A stretch of DNA of 64,000 nucleotides from Nitrosopumilus sp. (GTDB lineage Archaea; Thermoproteota; Nitrososphaeria; Nitrososphaerales; Nitrosopumilaceae): assembly GCA_963667665.2 (NCBI GenBank), contig OY763927.2, positions 1,184,001-1,248,000 of the forward strand, read 5' to 3'. Under the pieces are notes generated by a model. It worked only from the letters and a program-made list of their open reading frames with translations, was not told the DNA's origin and searched no databases. Position numbers and translations under genes: made by a program. Positions 37,710-48,450 of this stretch are shown piece by piece. Every line of letters starts with the position of its first letter. Within the stretch, counting starts at the first letter, position 1.

Positions 37710-38336
37710 ATGGGAGACCCAAAATTACCACGTAGAGTTTGGAGAAAACCAAAGAGACCTCTTAATTATGAACTAAAGATGGAAGAGCTAAAAACTGTTG
37801 GTACATTTGGATTAAGAACTAAAAGAGAATTGTGGAAAGCACATACAGAATTATCGCGTGTGAGACATCAAGCAAGATCATTGCTTGCATTAAGACAAGA
37901 AGTTAGAGAAGAAAAAGAACCAATCTTAATGAAATCTCTTGCTAGAATTGGATTAGTAAGTAGTGATGCAACATTAGATGATGTACTTAATCTAAATGTG
38001 GACGATTTACTTTCACGTAGATTACAAACTATTGTTTCAAAGAAGCTTGGATTCAAAACTCCATATCAAGCAAGACAAGCAGTGATTCATGGACATATTA
38101 TGATTGGAGATAGAAAAATAGACATTCCATCATATACAGTTAGAGTGAATGAAGAAGACAATATTCACTTTACACCAGAATCTAAGATTCCAGAAATGTT
38201 AGAAAAAACAAAATCAGAGCCTGTAGTTGAAAAACCAGTTGAAGAAGAAGGTGAAACAACTACTGAAGAAGTTAAGACACCTACTGAAGAAGCACCAAAA
38301 GATGAAAGTTCTTCAACCGAACAATCAAAAAAATAG
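37710..38336 (+). CDS. rps4: 30S ribosomal protein S4 (uS4)
   Basis: MGDPK, FGLRTKRELW, RRLQTIV, QARQAVIHGHI. Confidence 0.97.
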   Translation: MGDPKLPRRVWRKPKRPLNYELKMEELKTVGTFGLRTKRELWKAHTELSRVRHQARSLLALRQEVREEKEPILMKSLARIGLVSSDATLDDVLNLNVDDLLSRRLQTIVSKKLGFKTPYQARQAVIHGHIMIGDRKIDIPSYTVRVNEEDNIHFTPESKIPEMLEKTKSEPVVEKPVEEEGETTTEEVKTPTEEAPKDESSSTEQSKK

Positions 38337-38375
38337 GCTTACCAGTAAATAACCCCAATTATCAAAGAGAATAAC

Positions 38376-40136
38376 ATGTGTTCAATTATTGGTTACTTCG
38401 GAAAGAAAATTGCTGCACCTATTATTGTAAAGGGATTAAAAAGAATGGAATATCGGGGATACGATAGTGTTGGAGTTGCAACAGAATCTGAAAATCAAAT
38501 TGAATTAAAGAAAGGTACTGGAAAAGTAAATGAAGTAAATTTAAAAGTTCAGTTAGATAAACTACCTGGAAAAATAGGTATTGGTCATACCAGATGGGCA
38601 ACTCATGGAAAAGTTACAGATGCAAATGCACATCCACATCAAAGTAACTCTGGAAAAATTGCTATAGTACATAACGGAATTATAGAAAATTTTGAAGAAT
38701 TAAAAAAACAGTTAGAAAATGAAGGATATAGTTTCAAAAGTGAAACAGATAGTGAAGTTATTGCAAACTTGCTTCAAAAAAATTATAAATCAACTGGAGA
38801 TATCAAAGAAACAATTTTGAAAACAGTCTCAAAACTTAAAGGACATTTTTCATTTGTTGCAATGTTTGAAAATGGTCAACTTGCAGCTGCAAGATTTCAT
38901 AAACCATTAATAATAGGAATTGGACAAGATGATTTCTTTTTGTCAAGCGATGTTTTAGGATTCATTGAACATACAGATGACGCAATCTATATGGAAAATG
39001 GAAATTTTGTTATTTTAGATAAAAATAAGTTTCAGATTTTTGATTTTAATGGTGAACATGCAAAATATGGAATCACAAAAGTTTCAAAAGAATTTGGAGA
39101 TGCTTACAAAGGAGATTATGCACATTTTACACTAAAAGAAATTTTTGAGCAACATGAAACAATTTTGAAAGCTGGAGAAAAAACAGCAGAAGCAATTGAA
39201 AAAACAGCAGACTATATCAGACATGCAAAAAACATCTACATAACAGGAAGTGGAACTAGTTACAATTCAGCCCTTATTGCAAAGCAAATTTTATCAAAAT
39301 ACGTCAAAATCAAGGCTGAGCCAATCATATCAAGTGAACTACAATTTGCACCAGATAGTATTGAAGAAAATTCTATCCTAATTGCAATATCGCAAAGTGG
39401 AGAAAGTGCTGACGTTTTAGATGCAGTAAGAATTGCAAAAGAAGCAAATTGCAAGATAATATGTATTGTCAATATGCTTACATCATCACTCGCACGTGAA
39501 TCAGATGTAGTGATTGGTATGAATTGTGGACCTGAAATTGGGGTTGCAGCAACAAAAAGTTTCACATCACAACTAGTAATACTCTATAAAATTGTGCAAA
39601 AATTAAGTAACAATGACATTACAATTAATTTTGAAAAGTTTTCTGAAACAATTTTAAAAATATTAGAGAATCCAAAAAAAATTCAACAGATTGCAAAAGA
39701 ATTAAAGGAAATTTCAGATATTTACATTTTAGGAAGAGGAATAAATTATCCTATTGCAATAGAGGCTGCCTTAAAATTAAAAGAGTTAACATACATTCAT
39801 GCAGAAGGAATTCCAGGAGGAGAATTAAAACATGGACCTCTTGCATTAATGGATTCTAATGTATTTGTGATCATTATCAATCCAAATGATTCAACTTATT
39901 CAGATACGCTAACAAGTGCTAGAGAGATAAAAGCTCGTGATGCAAAAATTATTGGAGTTTCAGATATAGAAAGTGATGTGTATGATTATTGGATAGAAAT
40001 TCCAAAAATAGATCAAGTATTGTATCCAATTTCAGAAATTATTCCAATACAATTGTTATCTTACTATGCAGCACTTGAAAAAGATACAGACCCAGATTAT
40101 CCTAGAAATCTAGCAAAATCAGTTACAGTGAAGTAA
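38376..40136 (+). CDS. glmS: glutamine--fructose-6-phosphate aminotransferase
   Basis: N-terminal MCSIIG, EYRGYDS, GHTRWATHG, SQSGES, PRNLAKSVTV. Confidence 0.97.
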   Translation: MCSIIGYFGKKIAAPIIVKGLKRMEYRGYDSVGVATESENQIELKKGTGKVNEVNLKVQLDKLPGKIGIGHTRWATHGKVTDANAHPHQSNSGKIAIVHNGIIENFEELKKQLENEGYSFKSETDSEVIANLLQKNYKSTGDIKETILKTVSKLKGHFSFVAMFENGQLAAARFHKPLIIGIGQDDFFLSSDVLGFIEHTDDAIYMENGNFVILDKNKFQIFDFNGEHAKYGITKVSKEFGDAYKGDYAHFTLKEIFEQHETILKAGEKTAEAIEKTADYIRHAKNIYITGSGTSYNSALIAKQILSKYVKIKAEPIISSELQFAPDSIEENSILIAISQSGESADVLDAVRIAKEANCKIICIVNMLTSSLARESDVVIGMNCGPEIGVAATKSFTSQLVILYKIVQKLSNNDITINFEKFSETILKILENPKKIQQIAKELKEISDIYILGRGINYPIAIEAALKLKELTYIHAEGIPGGELKHGPLALMDSNVFVIIINPNDSTYSDTLTSAREIKARDAKIIGVSDIESDVYDYWIEIPKIDQVLYPISEIIPIQLLSYYAALEKDTDPDYPRNLAKSVTVK

Positions 40137-41196
40137 ACAATCTGTGATATTCTTTTTCTACCATCTCTAAAAATTCTGCAGAATTGTTTCCCGTTTTGAG
40201 CATGGATGAGACAATGCTGCCACCTGCACCCACACCTTCTTTTGCAAATCCTTCTGAAAATGCCCTTAGACCAGAATATTGTGAATTTTTTAAGCCAGGA
40301 TCAACAGAGATTGCGGGAATATCAGATATTTCCTTGACTAAATTCTTGAAATTTGCACTTTCATCATTTGTAATATACGAAGTAGTTCCAATTGCAGTAT
40401 TTTCTTCATTAAATCCAATTTTTGATGCAAATGCCAATACTGCAGTCATCTGAGTTCCACCTGCCAACATAACTTTAGAAACATCAGAAGCAGCACTAAG
40501 CATTCCTGCAACAAAAGGAATCATAGGATCCCCAACTTTGGCAACAATACTGTAAGGATGATCAGAATTAATTCTATCAAGTGCAGAACTAACAATTTGA
40601 TTTTTCAATTCAACAGGATTGTTTGGAATACTAGAACTGACTTTAGCATCAAAACCTAATGCTTTCAATACAGCTAATGCAGTGGTAGTTCCACCAGGAA
40701 TACTCTCACCAATTATTAGACAATCAGTTAGAGATGCCATACTTCTTCCGACAATTCTACCATAATCAACAGCGTGTGACACTTGAGAATCAGTCATAGC
40801 ATCTTGATTTGAAATATTTTTTCCAAAAGGTAATCCTGTTTCAATGAAAGGTAATTGGGGAGAAATTTTACTACCAGCATTAATTGTTAAATGAGGAATA
40901 CTTGATGATTCCAAAGCAGTTTTTGTCAAAATCCCAGGAGTTGGTTTTCCATCAGGGGTCATTGGAATATTATCAATTGTTTTACAATATCCATAATGAA
41001 GATATTCTGCATCAGCTGGTGGAGTAAACTGTATTAAATTTTTATCTGCACCTGCAAAAGTAATTCCAGGAATTTCACAAGTTTCAGTATATGAAATTAC
41101 AAAAGAAAAAAGAAATCTTCCAGATTTAATAGTGTCTAGAAAATTTTGAGCCTTTTCAACATTACCAAATAGTTCAAAATTTTCCAAAAAATTCAC
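40123..41196 (-). CDS. cobT: archaeal-type nicotinate-nucleotide--dimethylbenzimidazole phosphoribosyltransferase
   Basis: IPGITFAGA, TPPADAE, GESIPGGTTTA, LAGGTQM, KEGVGAGG. Confidence 0.88.
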   Translation of the reverse strand: MNFLENFELFGNVEKAQNFLDTIKSGRFLFSFVISYTETCEIPGITFAGADKNLIQFTPPADAEYLHYGYCKTIDNIPMTPDGKPTPGILTKTALESSSIPHLTINAGSKISPQLPFIETGLPFGKNISNQDAMTDSQVSHAVDYGRIVGRSMASLTDCLIIGESIPGGTTTALAVLKALGFDAKVSSSIPNNPVELKNQIVSSALDRINSDHPYSIVAKVGDPMIPFVAGMLSAASDVSKVMLAGGTQMTAVLAFASKIGFNEENTAIGTTSYITNDESANFKNLVKEISDIPAISVDPGLKNSQYSGLRAFSEGFAKEGVGAGGSIVSSMLKTGNNSAEFLEMVEKEYHRLFTSL

Positions 41197-41804
41197 TGAC
41201 CCATCATTTCAACAAACTGTTGTTCAGTTCGTTTTTGCATTACAGGGTTAGTGATTTTTTCTTCTCCAATAGTTGATATTTCAGAAATTCCATAATTGTG
41301 GCCAGAATACAATACCAAATTGTCATCTAAGGAATGGAGAACATCAAAAAGGCTATGATAGAGTTCTTTTGCACTTCCTCCTGGTAAATCAATTCTACCA
41401 CAATTTCCAACAAATAATGTATCACCTGAGAAAATTTTACCATCACCTATTAGACAAATACTGTCCTTAGAATGTCCAGGAGTATGAATTACTTTTAATT
41501 TTGAATTACCAAATTCGATATAATCTCCATCTTTTACTGTAATGTCATGTTTTAATTCAGAAGATTCGTGTTGGATGATAGGAGCTTTAGTTGATTCTAC
41601 CATTGCTTCATTTCCTTGAGTATGATCAAAATGGTGATGAGTATTTACAATGTATTTTATTTTCAAATTATTTCTTTTTATGATCATTTCTAATTCGATT
41701 AGATCCCATGATGGATCAATTAGGATTGCTTCACTGGTATCTTCATCTTCTACAATATAGGTAAAGTTCTGCATATTTCCTACTTGAATTTGATGAACTT
41801 TCAT
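41193..41804 (-). CDS. MBL-fold metallo-hydrolase (glyoxalase II-like)
   Basis: THHHFDH, HTPGHS, FSGDTLF, GRIDLPGG. Confidence 0.92.
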   Translation of the reverse strand: MKVHQIQVGNMQNFTYIVEDEDTSEAILIDPSWDLIELEMIIKRNNLKIKYIVNTHHHFDHTQGNEAMVESTKAPIIQHESSELKHDITVKDGDYIEFGNSKLKVIHTPGHSKDSICLIGDGKIFSGDTLFVGNCGRIDLPGGSAKELYHSLFDVLHSLDDNLVLYSGHNYGISEISTIGEEKITNPVMQKRTEQQFVEMMGQ

Positions 41805-42448
41805 AGGATACCATCTTCAGCTTCAGGAGGTATTCCAATTTTTTCGGCAAACAATTCTCCAGTCAAATCTTTTCGTTTTGGAATTCCTTGTTTCATTTTA
41901 TGAAATGTGACTGTCATGTCACATTTTGTGTAGATGTTTGCAGTCTCGCCTGTTTGTGGATTTAATCCAGATGGCACATCTACTGCAAATTTGTAGCAAT
42001 CTGTTTGATTGATGTAAGTAATGGCAGATGCATATGGCTCTCGAATTTCTCCAGAGATACCAGTGCCAAAAATACCATCAACTATTACATCTGGTTTGAA
42101 ATCAAAATCAAAAGTATCTCCAGAAACTAGTTTCACAGATGGCATTTTCTGCAAGATTGACCAATTCCAATTACTTTCCTCAGTTTTGATTTTATCAGGA
42201 GTGCCAAGAAGCATTACTGTAACTTTTGCATGGTAACCAGCTAAATGTCTTGCCATTACCAAACCATCACCGCCATTATTTCCCAATCCTACAAAAATCA
42301 GAATATTTTTTGAATCTACATTTCCAAGTTTGTCAACTAATCGTCTAACTGATGCAGCACCTGCATTTTCCATCATGAACTTTTTTAAAAATCCCATATC
42401 ATGACCTTTGTTTTCAATTTGATACATTTGATCAACAGTAATTTCCAT
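41801..42448 (-). CDS. nnrE: NAD(P)H-hydrate epimerase
   Basis: MMENAG, GNNGGDG, DGIFGTG, AVDVPSG. Confidence 0.92.
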   Translation of the reverse strand: MEITVDQMYQIENKGHDMGFLKKFMMENAGAASVRRLVDKLGNVDSKNILIFVGLGNNGGDGLVMARHLAGYHAKVTVMLLGTPDKIKTEESNWNWSILQKMPSVKLVSGDTFDFDFKPDVIVDGIFGTGISGEIREPYASAITYINQTDCYKFAVDVPSGLNPQTGETANIYTKCDMTVTFHKMKQGIPKRKDLTGELFAEKIGIPPEAEDGIL

Positions 42449-42568
42449 GATTTACAAGAAAATCATATCCAAAATAAGAGCTTTCGGAATGTGTTTTAAG
42501 TAAAAAATAATTTTTTACTCATTAATTCGAATGATTTATCAACTACCTACATCTAAAACCACTAAACA

Positions 42569-43855
42569 ATGAGTTCTGCAGGGAAAATAATAGGAATTGC
42601 AATTGTAATTATCATAATTATTGTAGGTTTAGGTTATGTAATTGGAGATTCAGATACAGAGATTAGCGAATCTACAGATTCAACAGTTGAAGAAATTTCA
42701 GAATTATCAGGTGTTGTCAATATAGGATTAATTTTACCGCTTTCAGGGGATTTAGCTACACATGGATTAGAAAATTTGGAAGGCTCAAAATTAGGAGTGA
42801 TTGAGTTTAACAAGCATTTAGAGGAAATAGGAGCTTCATGGACACTTAAAATGACTTCAGAGGATTCTGCAACTAACCCAGTTATTGCATTAGAAAAATT
42901 AACTTCACTAAATGCTAAAGGAATTAAAATGATAGTCGGTCCTGAAACAAGTTCTAACATTAGAAACATGAAGGGGTATTCAGATTCAAACAACATGTTA
43001 CTAGTTAGTTGTTGTTCATCAGCTCCATCTTTGGCGATTCCAAATGACAGTGTGTATCGTCTAGTTCCAGATGATTCTAATCAAGGCACTGCACTTTCAA
43101 AGCTAATTCAACATGAAGGAATTGAAGTATTAGTTCCTGTTTGGAGAGGAGATACGTGGGGTGATGGATTAAGTGCTGCTACTACTAGTTCATTTGTTCA
43201 ACGTGGTGGAATTATAGATGAGGGTGTTCGTTATAATCCCGAGTCTCCAGAATTTTCTGCATCAACATCATTACTTGCTGAAATAGTTCAAGGACATGTT
43301 GATGAGTATGGAAAAGATAAGGTAGCTGTTATGTTTTTAGGATTTGCTGAAATTTTACAATTTGTACAATCTGCAGACCAACATGAGATTTTGGATGATG
43401 TTAGATGGTTTGGACCAGGAGCTAATACTAAAGAACATAAATTAATTGATGATCCAATTGGTTTAGACTTTTCAACTAATGTTCAATTTACTACAGTTCA
43501 ATTTGCAGCATCTAAAATGACCGATACTGGTGATGTAAATCCAATTTATGAGAAAGTGCAAGATCATCTAACTGAAACTTTGGGAACAGCACCTAACTCA
43601 TTTGTGCTTTCTTCATATGATGCTGTATGGATTATTGGTTTATCAATGCTTGAAACTCAAAGCACGGATGTCACTAAAATAAAATCAGTAATTTCAGATA
43701 TTGCAGAAAACTATAGCGGCGCAATTGGTCCCACAATACTCAATGAGGCAGGTGATTTGGCACAAGCAAATTATGAAGTCTGGGGAATCAGAGGCGGCGA
43801 GTGGGTATTATTAGGACAATATACGCAATCTACTGATTCAATTTCACTAATTTAG
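42569..43855 (+). CDS. ABC transporter substrate-binding protein, branched-chain amino acid (Liv) type
   Basis: N-terminal TM anchor; IGLILPLSG, IVGPETSS, YRLVPDDSNQG, YDAVW; next to Liv ATPases and permeases. Confidence 0.88.
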   Translation: MSSAGKIIGIAIVIIIIIVGLGYVIGDSDTEISESTDSTVEEISELSGVVNIGLILPLSGDLATHGLENLEGSKLGVIEFNKHLEEIGASWTLKMTSEDSATNPVIALEKLTSLNAKGIKMIVGPETSSNIRNMKGYSDSNNMLLVSCCSSAPSLAIPNDSVYRLVPDDSNQGTALSKLIQHEGIEVLVPVWRGDTWGDGLSAATTSSFVQRGGIIDEGVRYNPESPEFSASTSLLAEIVQGHVDEYGKDKVAVMFLGFAEILQFVQSADQHEILDDVRWFGPGANTKEHKLIDDPIGLDFSTNVQFTTVQFAASKMTDTGDVNPIYEKVQDHLTETLGTAPNSFVLSSYDAVWIIGLSMLETQSTDVTKIKSVISDIAENYSGAIGPTILNEAGDLAQANYEVWGIRGGEWVLLGQYTQSTDSISLI

Positions 43856-44583
43856 GAAAGTCCCAAGTATAACTTTCCAAGTTCAGGATGAGCCAATAAT
43901 TCATCAGGTTTTCCTTTGAACACACCCTTTCCATTGGCAAAAAGATAAACAAAATCAGCCAAAGTAATGGCTCTTTTGACATTTTGCTCTACTAGAATAA
44001 TTGTAATTCCAAAATCATCTCTTAGTTGTTTAATTTTTGAGAGCACTTCATTAGCTAGCTTTGGAGAAAGGCTAGCAGTTGGTTCATCAAAAAGCATTAC
44101 ATTTGGCTGTCGAATCAGTGCCATACCCATAGCAAGCATTTGACGTTCTCCCCCACTGAGGGTATTTGATTTTGATTTTTCATATTTTTTTAATACAGGA
44201 AATGTCTCAAATATTTCAGGTATTCTCTGAGACACAAGTTTTGAATTTAAGGTATAACTTGCCATAATTAGATTTTCCTTGATAGTAAGATTAGAAAATA
44301 CATTATCTACTTGTGGAAGATATGCAATTTTTTTTCTGGCAACTTTATGAGGTGCAAGACGGGTAATTTTTTCACCATTATAACTAATGTCTCCAGAATA
44401 TACAGTACATAAACCAAAAATACTTTTGAGCAAAGTACTTTTTCCACTTCCATTTGGTCCCACCACTACAGTAATTTCTTTTTCTTTTGCATCAAAATCT
44501 ACATCAAACAGAATATGACTATTAACATATCCAGAGTTTAGCGCATCTACATGAATAGTTGAATGAATAGTTTTTTGTGACAT
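43852..44583 (-). CDS. livF: ABC ATP-binding protein, LivF-like
   Basis: GPNGSGKST, LSGGERQMLAMG, DEPTASLSP, LVEQN. Confidence 0.88.
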   Translation of the reverse strand: MSQKTIHSTIHVDALNSGYVNSHILFDVDFDAKEKEITVVVGPNGSGKSTLLKSIFGLCTVYSGDISYNGEKITRLAPHKVARKKIAYLPQVDNVFSNLTIKENLIMASYTLNSKLVSQRIPEIFETFPVLKKYEKSKSNTLSGGERQMLAMGMALIRQPNVMLFDEPTASLSPKLANEVLSKIKQLRDDFGITIILVEQNVKRAITLADFVYLFANGKGVFKGKPDELLAHPELGKLYLGLS

Positions 44584-45342
44584 TTATTCTCCCAGATAAG
44601 ATTCCATTACTTTTGGATGTTTAATGATTTCATCAGAACTTCCTTGTGCAATAATTTTTCCTCTATTCATTGCAAAGACATGATCTGCATATTGTAATGC
44701 AATGTCTAATCTATGCTCAACAATTAAAAATGTAATTTTTTGTTTTTTACAAAGATTTGAAATTTTTTCAAATATCTCATGTGCTAATGTTGGATTTACT
44801 CCTGCAATAGGCTCATCCATAAGAATCATCGAAGCACCAGACATCATTGCTCTACCTAATTCAAGAAGTTTTTGCTGACCGCCACTTAGATTTCGACTTG
44901 TAGTATCCTTTTTTTCCACAAGATTAACCATTTCCATTATTTCCATTGCTTTATCTGCAATTCTTTTCTCATCATTTTCCCATTTTGATTTTAATGGCGC
45001 CATAAGAAATGATTCACCGGCATTGCCATTACTAGAAATTAAAAAATTCTCCATAGTTGTAAGAGTGTTAAATGGTTGAGGTATCTGCCAAGTTCTAATC
45101 AGACCTGTATTGTAGGTATCAAACAATCCTTTTTGAGTAATATCAGTTCCATCAAAAATTATCTTACCATTATCTGGTTTTAGAAGACCAGAAACTACAT
45201 TGATGAGTGTTGTTTTTCCACTTCCATTTGGGCCAATTAGCTGATATAATTTCCCTTGTTCTATTTCCATATCAATTCCATCTAAAACAGTAAAACTGTC
45301 AAAATGCTTTCTGATACCTGAAATAGATAAAATACTCATCAA
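44584..45342 (-). CDS. livG: ABC ATP-binding protein, LivG-like
   Basis: GPNGSGKTT, RTWQIPQPF, LSGGQQKLLELGR, DEPIAGVNP, VEH. Confidence 0.88.
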   Translation of the reverse strand: MMSILSISGIRKHFDSFTVLDGIDMEIEQGKLYQLIGPNGSGKTTLINVVSGLLKPDNGKIIFDGTDITQKGLFDTYNTGLIRTWQIPQPFNTLTTMENFLISSNGNAGESFLMAPLKSKWENDEKRIADKAMEIMEMVNLVEKKDTTSRNLSGGQQKLLELGRAMMSGASMILMDEPIAGVNPTLAHEIFEKISNLCKKQKITFLIVEHRLDIALQYADHVFAMNRGKIIAQGSSDEIIKHPKVMESYLGE

Positions 45343-45392
45343 AACATCAAAGGCGTAAAGAAATTAAGGGTTTTCGATCTTGGAATGATAAC

Positions 45393-46319
45393 TTGGCACT
45401 TGATCCAATATTTTCTGATGCTATAATTTTTGCAAGTCTTTTAGCTCTTCTCAGTATCGGACTTACACTCACATATCTTACAACTAGAGTTCCAAATTTT
45501 GCTCATGCCTCATTTGCTACTATTGGTGTATACATTGCATTAGTTGCGACAAGAGTTTGGGAGAGTTCACCATACATTGCAATTCCAATTGCATTTGTAA
45601 TTTCAGGAATAGTAGCTGTTGCTTTGTATACTTTTATTTTAAAACCATTAATTCGTAAAGGTGCTTCTCAAGCAATTCAGATGGTAGCAACTTTGGCATT
45701 TGATTTAATTGTAATTGCAATGCTAAACATTTTTGCAGATTATATCGTAAATACATATCAAGTTACATCTAGAGAATTTACACTACGAAGTTATGATGTA
45801 GAATTTATGGGACTGCCAGTGATTGTCTTTGCAGCACCAATTACAATTGCTATTTTAGCAATCACACTACATGTTGTGTTAAGGAAAACAAAATTTGGAA
45901 TTGCAATGAGGGCTGCAACTGAAAATTCTGACTTGTCAGGAATAGTTGGAATTAATGTAAAGTTGATTTTTGGTATATCATGGCTTTTAGGTGGAGGTAT
46001 AGCAGGAATAGCTGGTGCTCTAATGTCATTATGGTTTCAAGGAGACCCAAATTTAGGTCCGCAACTAATACCAAGTGTATTTGCAGCAAGTATTGTAGGA
46101 GGATTTTTCAGCATTTATGGAGCAATAGCTGGAGGTATACTAGTTGGACTAACTGAAGTTTTAGGAACACGATTTTTAGCTGGTGAATTAGGTTCTTGGT
46201 TGATTGCATACAGACCACTAATTCCACTGGTGTTCATTGTAGTTACATTACTATTAGCACCACGCGGATTGGCAGGAATAAACTGGTCAAGATTGAGGAG
46301 ACATGGTTCTAGAAGCTGA
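45393..46319 (+). CDS. livH: ABC permease, LivH-like
   Basis: GLTLTY...NFAHA, TKFGIAMRA, GIN, multiple TM helices. Confidence 0.88.
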   Translation: MALDPIFSDAIIFASLLALLSIGLTLTYLTTRVPNFAHASFATIGVYIALVATRVWESSPYIAIPIAFVISGIVAVALYTFILKPLIRKGASQAIQMVATLAFDLIVIAMLNIFADYIVNTYQVTSREFTLRSYDVEFMGLPVIVFAAPITIAILAITLHVVLRKTKFGIAMRAATENSDLSGIVGINVKLIFGISWLLGGGIAGIAGALMSLWFQGDPNLGPQLIPSVFAASIVGGFFSIYGAIAGGILVGLTEVLGTRFLAGELGSWLIAYRPLIPLVFIVVTLLLAPRGLAGINWSRLRRHGSRS

Positions 46320-47370
46320 AATAGTTTTCATTGTAGATTTACTTGCAATTTTTGCAATCTACCTTATTGTTAATCTAAGCTTAAACATGGAGTTTGGATA
46401 TGCTGGAATTCCAAATTTTGGAAAAGTTCTAGCAGTTGGTGCAGGTGCATTTGTTGCAGCATCAATTCCAGGAAGAATTTTTGCAAACATTGCAGGAATA
46501 GAGGGGGACTATATTGAAAACAATTTAGCCATAGTTTCTGAAATTAATGTTTGGTTAGTGGATAATACTGGAATTGGATTCATTGTATTCTTTTTGACAC
46601 TAGGTATTGCAGCAGCCGTAGGTGGAGGTTTAGGATTACTTACTGCATATCCTGCCATACGACTACGAGGAGATTATCTAGCAATTTCATTGCTAGCTTT
46701 TGGTGAAAGTATAAGAATAATTGGAAATAACTTTACACCGCTAGTTGGCGGTACGCTTGGTGTTCAAGTACCAGATCCACTATCATTTCTTCCAGGAGAA
46801 TTACGATTCCCAATAGCTACTATTGGATTGATCCTAATTGCAATTGTTGTGTATGTGTTTAGCGAAAAAATGATTCGTTCACCACTTGGAAGAATGCTTA
46901 GAGCAGTTAGAGATAACGAAGTGGCAGCTGAATCACTTGGAAAAAACACTACACAGATAAGAATTAAAATAATTATTGTATCTGCAGCACTTGCAGCAAT
47001 AGCAGGTGCATTGTATGCATTTTATGTTGGTGGAACAATTGCCTTTGCGTACGATAGAGCAAGTTGGACTTTTTGGCCATTTCTTATGATTCTCATAGGA
47101 GGATTAGCAAATAACAAAGGAGTACTCATTGGAACACTTCTCTTTGTTACACTACGAAAATTCATTATATTTTTCAAAGATTCATTTCAAGAATATGTCC
47201 CATTTGATGTTGTATGGTTAGACTTTTTGTTGCTTGGAATAATTTTGCTTGCAGTTTTATTATATAGACCACAAGGAATTTTTATTGAAAAGCCGACACC
47301 AACTATTACTCTAAATGGAAATAGTGAACCGTCAGGATTAAAGAAGATGTTTAATTTCTTTTTTAAATAG
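46303..47370 (+). CDS. livM: ABC permease, LivM-like
   Basis: SLNMEFGYAG, RLRGDYLAI, SPLGRMLRAVRDNEVAAESLG, RPQGI. Confidence 0.9.
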   Translation: MVLEAEIVFIVDLLAIFAIYLIVNLSLNMEFGYAGIPNFGKVLAVGAGAFVAASIPGRIFANIAGIEGDYIENNLAIVSEINVWLVDNTGIGFIVFFLTLGIAAAVGGGLGLLTAYPAIRLRGDYLAISLLAFGESIRIIGNNFTPLVGGTLGVQVPDPLSFLPGELRFPIATIGLILIAIVVYVFSEKMIRSPLGRMLRAVRDNEVAAESLGKNTTQIRIKIIIVSAALAAIAGALYAFYVGGTIAFAYDRASWTFWPFLMILIGGLANNKGVLIGTLLFVTLRKFIIFFKDSFQEYVPFDVVWLDFLLLGIILLAVLLYRPQGIFIEKPTPTITLNGNSEPSGLKKMFNFFFK

Positions 47371-47444
47371 AATATTACAAGCAAGATTGTCAAAACATTG
47401 GATTTAGCAAACGACTTTATCCTAGTTTTTAGACATTATCAAGC

Positions 47445-48059
47445 ATGACATTAAAGAATGTAAAACCATCACTAAACAAAATTGCAAAATCTTTAGAGAG
47501 TATCCAAGAAGCAAGGGAATTTCTACTAAAAAATACAAGAGAGATAATTATTCTCTGTAGCAGATCAATTATTGCAGTTCATAAAGGAGATCTAAAGACT
47601 GGAAAAAATAATTTGAAACAAGCAGACAAATTATTGAAAAAATATAAGAAAAAAGCAACAGGTGGACTTAGAAGATATCTAATTACACCAGAACAGGAAT
47701 TTGTAGAAGCTGCTTGTCTTATTGCAATTGTTGAAAAAAAAGAAATTCCTTCAGATAAGAAATTGTCAGTAATGCCAGAATCATATGTTTTAGGATTATT
47801 GGATTGTGTAGGTGAATTGAAAAGAATGGTATTTGATAAAATTAGAATAGGCAAGATTGATGAGGCTACAAAGATTTTTGAAGTAATGGAGAATTTGTAT
47901 CTTCATCTTTACACTTTTTCATTGTATGATAAAGTGGTAAAAGAGGCTAGAAGAAAAATCGATGTAAATAGAATTTTAGTAGATGATGTCAGATCTGCAA
48001 TTACAGAAGAGAAAAGGCGAAGTGAGCTAATCAAGACTTTACAAAAACTCAAGAAATAA
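47445..48059 (+). CDS. translin-family protein
   Basis: QEFVEA, YVLGLLDCVGELKR, RRKID. Confidence 0.85.
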   Translation: MTLKNVKPSLNKIAKSLESIQEAREFLLKNTREIIILCSRSIIAVHKGDLKTGKNNLKQADKLLKKYKKKATGGLRRYLITPEQEFVEAACLIAIVEKKEIPSDKKLSVMPESYVLGLLDCVGELKRMVFDKIRIGKIDEATKIFEVMENLYLHLYTFSLYDKVVKEARRKIDVNRILVDDVRSAITEEKRRSELIKTLQKLKK

Positions 48060-48075
48060 TTTTTAAAATTCTGTA

Positions 48076-48160
48076 TGCGGGCGATGGGATTTGAACCCAC
48101 GAACTCCTGAGAGACTAGCCCCTCAAGCTAGCGCCTTTGGCCAGGCTGGGCGACGCCCGC
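48076..48160 (-). tRNA. tRNA-Leu(GAG)
   Basis: Reverse complement GCGGGCG...CTAGC-TTGAGGG-GCTAG, long variable arm, GTTCAAATCC, CGCCCGCA. Confidence 0.95.
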
Positions 48161-48212
48161 AATGAAATTTCCTTGTATGGTTTTTATAATCCTTGATTAC
48201 TTTTTTGTTCGT

Positions 48213-48449
48213 ATGTTAGTTCCTGTTAGATGTTTTACCTGTGGAAATTTAATTGCAGATAAATTTGAAGAATATCAAAATAAAGTAAAATCAGGGGAAG
48301 AACCAGAAAAAGTTCTAGATTCTTTGGGACTTGAGAGATATTGTTGTAGAAGAATGCTTTTGACTACTGTTGAGACAATTCAACAAGTAATTCCATTCTA
48401 TGAAGCAATTCAGAAAAGAAAACAGGAAGTTCAAGCTGAGTTAGAATAA
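48213..48449 (+). CDS. rpoN: DNA-directed RNA polymerase subunit N (Rpo10)
   Basis: [11 protein letters not shown]...RYCCRRM; start set at ATG 48213. Confidence 0.96.
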   Translation: MLVPVRCFTCGNLIADKFEEYQNKVKSGEEPEKVLDSLGLERYCCRRMLLTTVETIQQVIPFYEAIQKRKQEVQAELE

Positions 48450-48450
48450 C

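Noticed and set aside
48162-48212. N-terminal extension of RpoN
   Set aside because: The family starts at MLVPVRC (48213); the extension covers the divergent tRNA-Leu/rpoN promoter.
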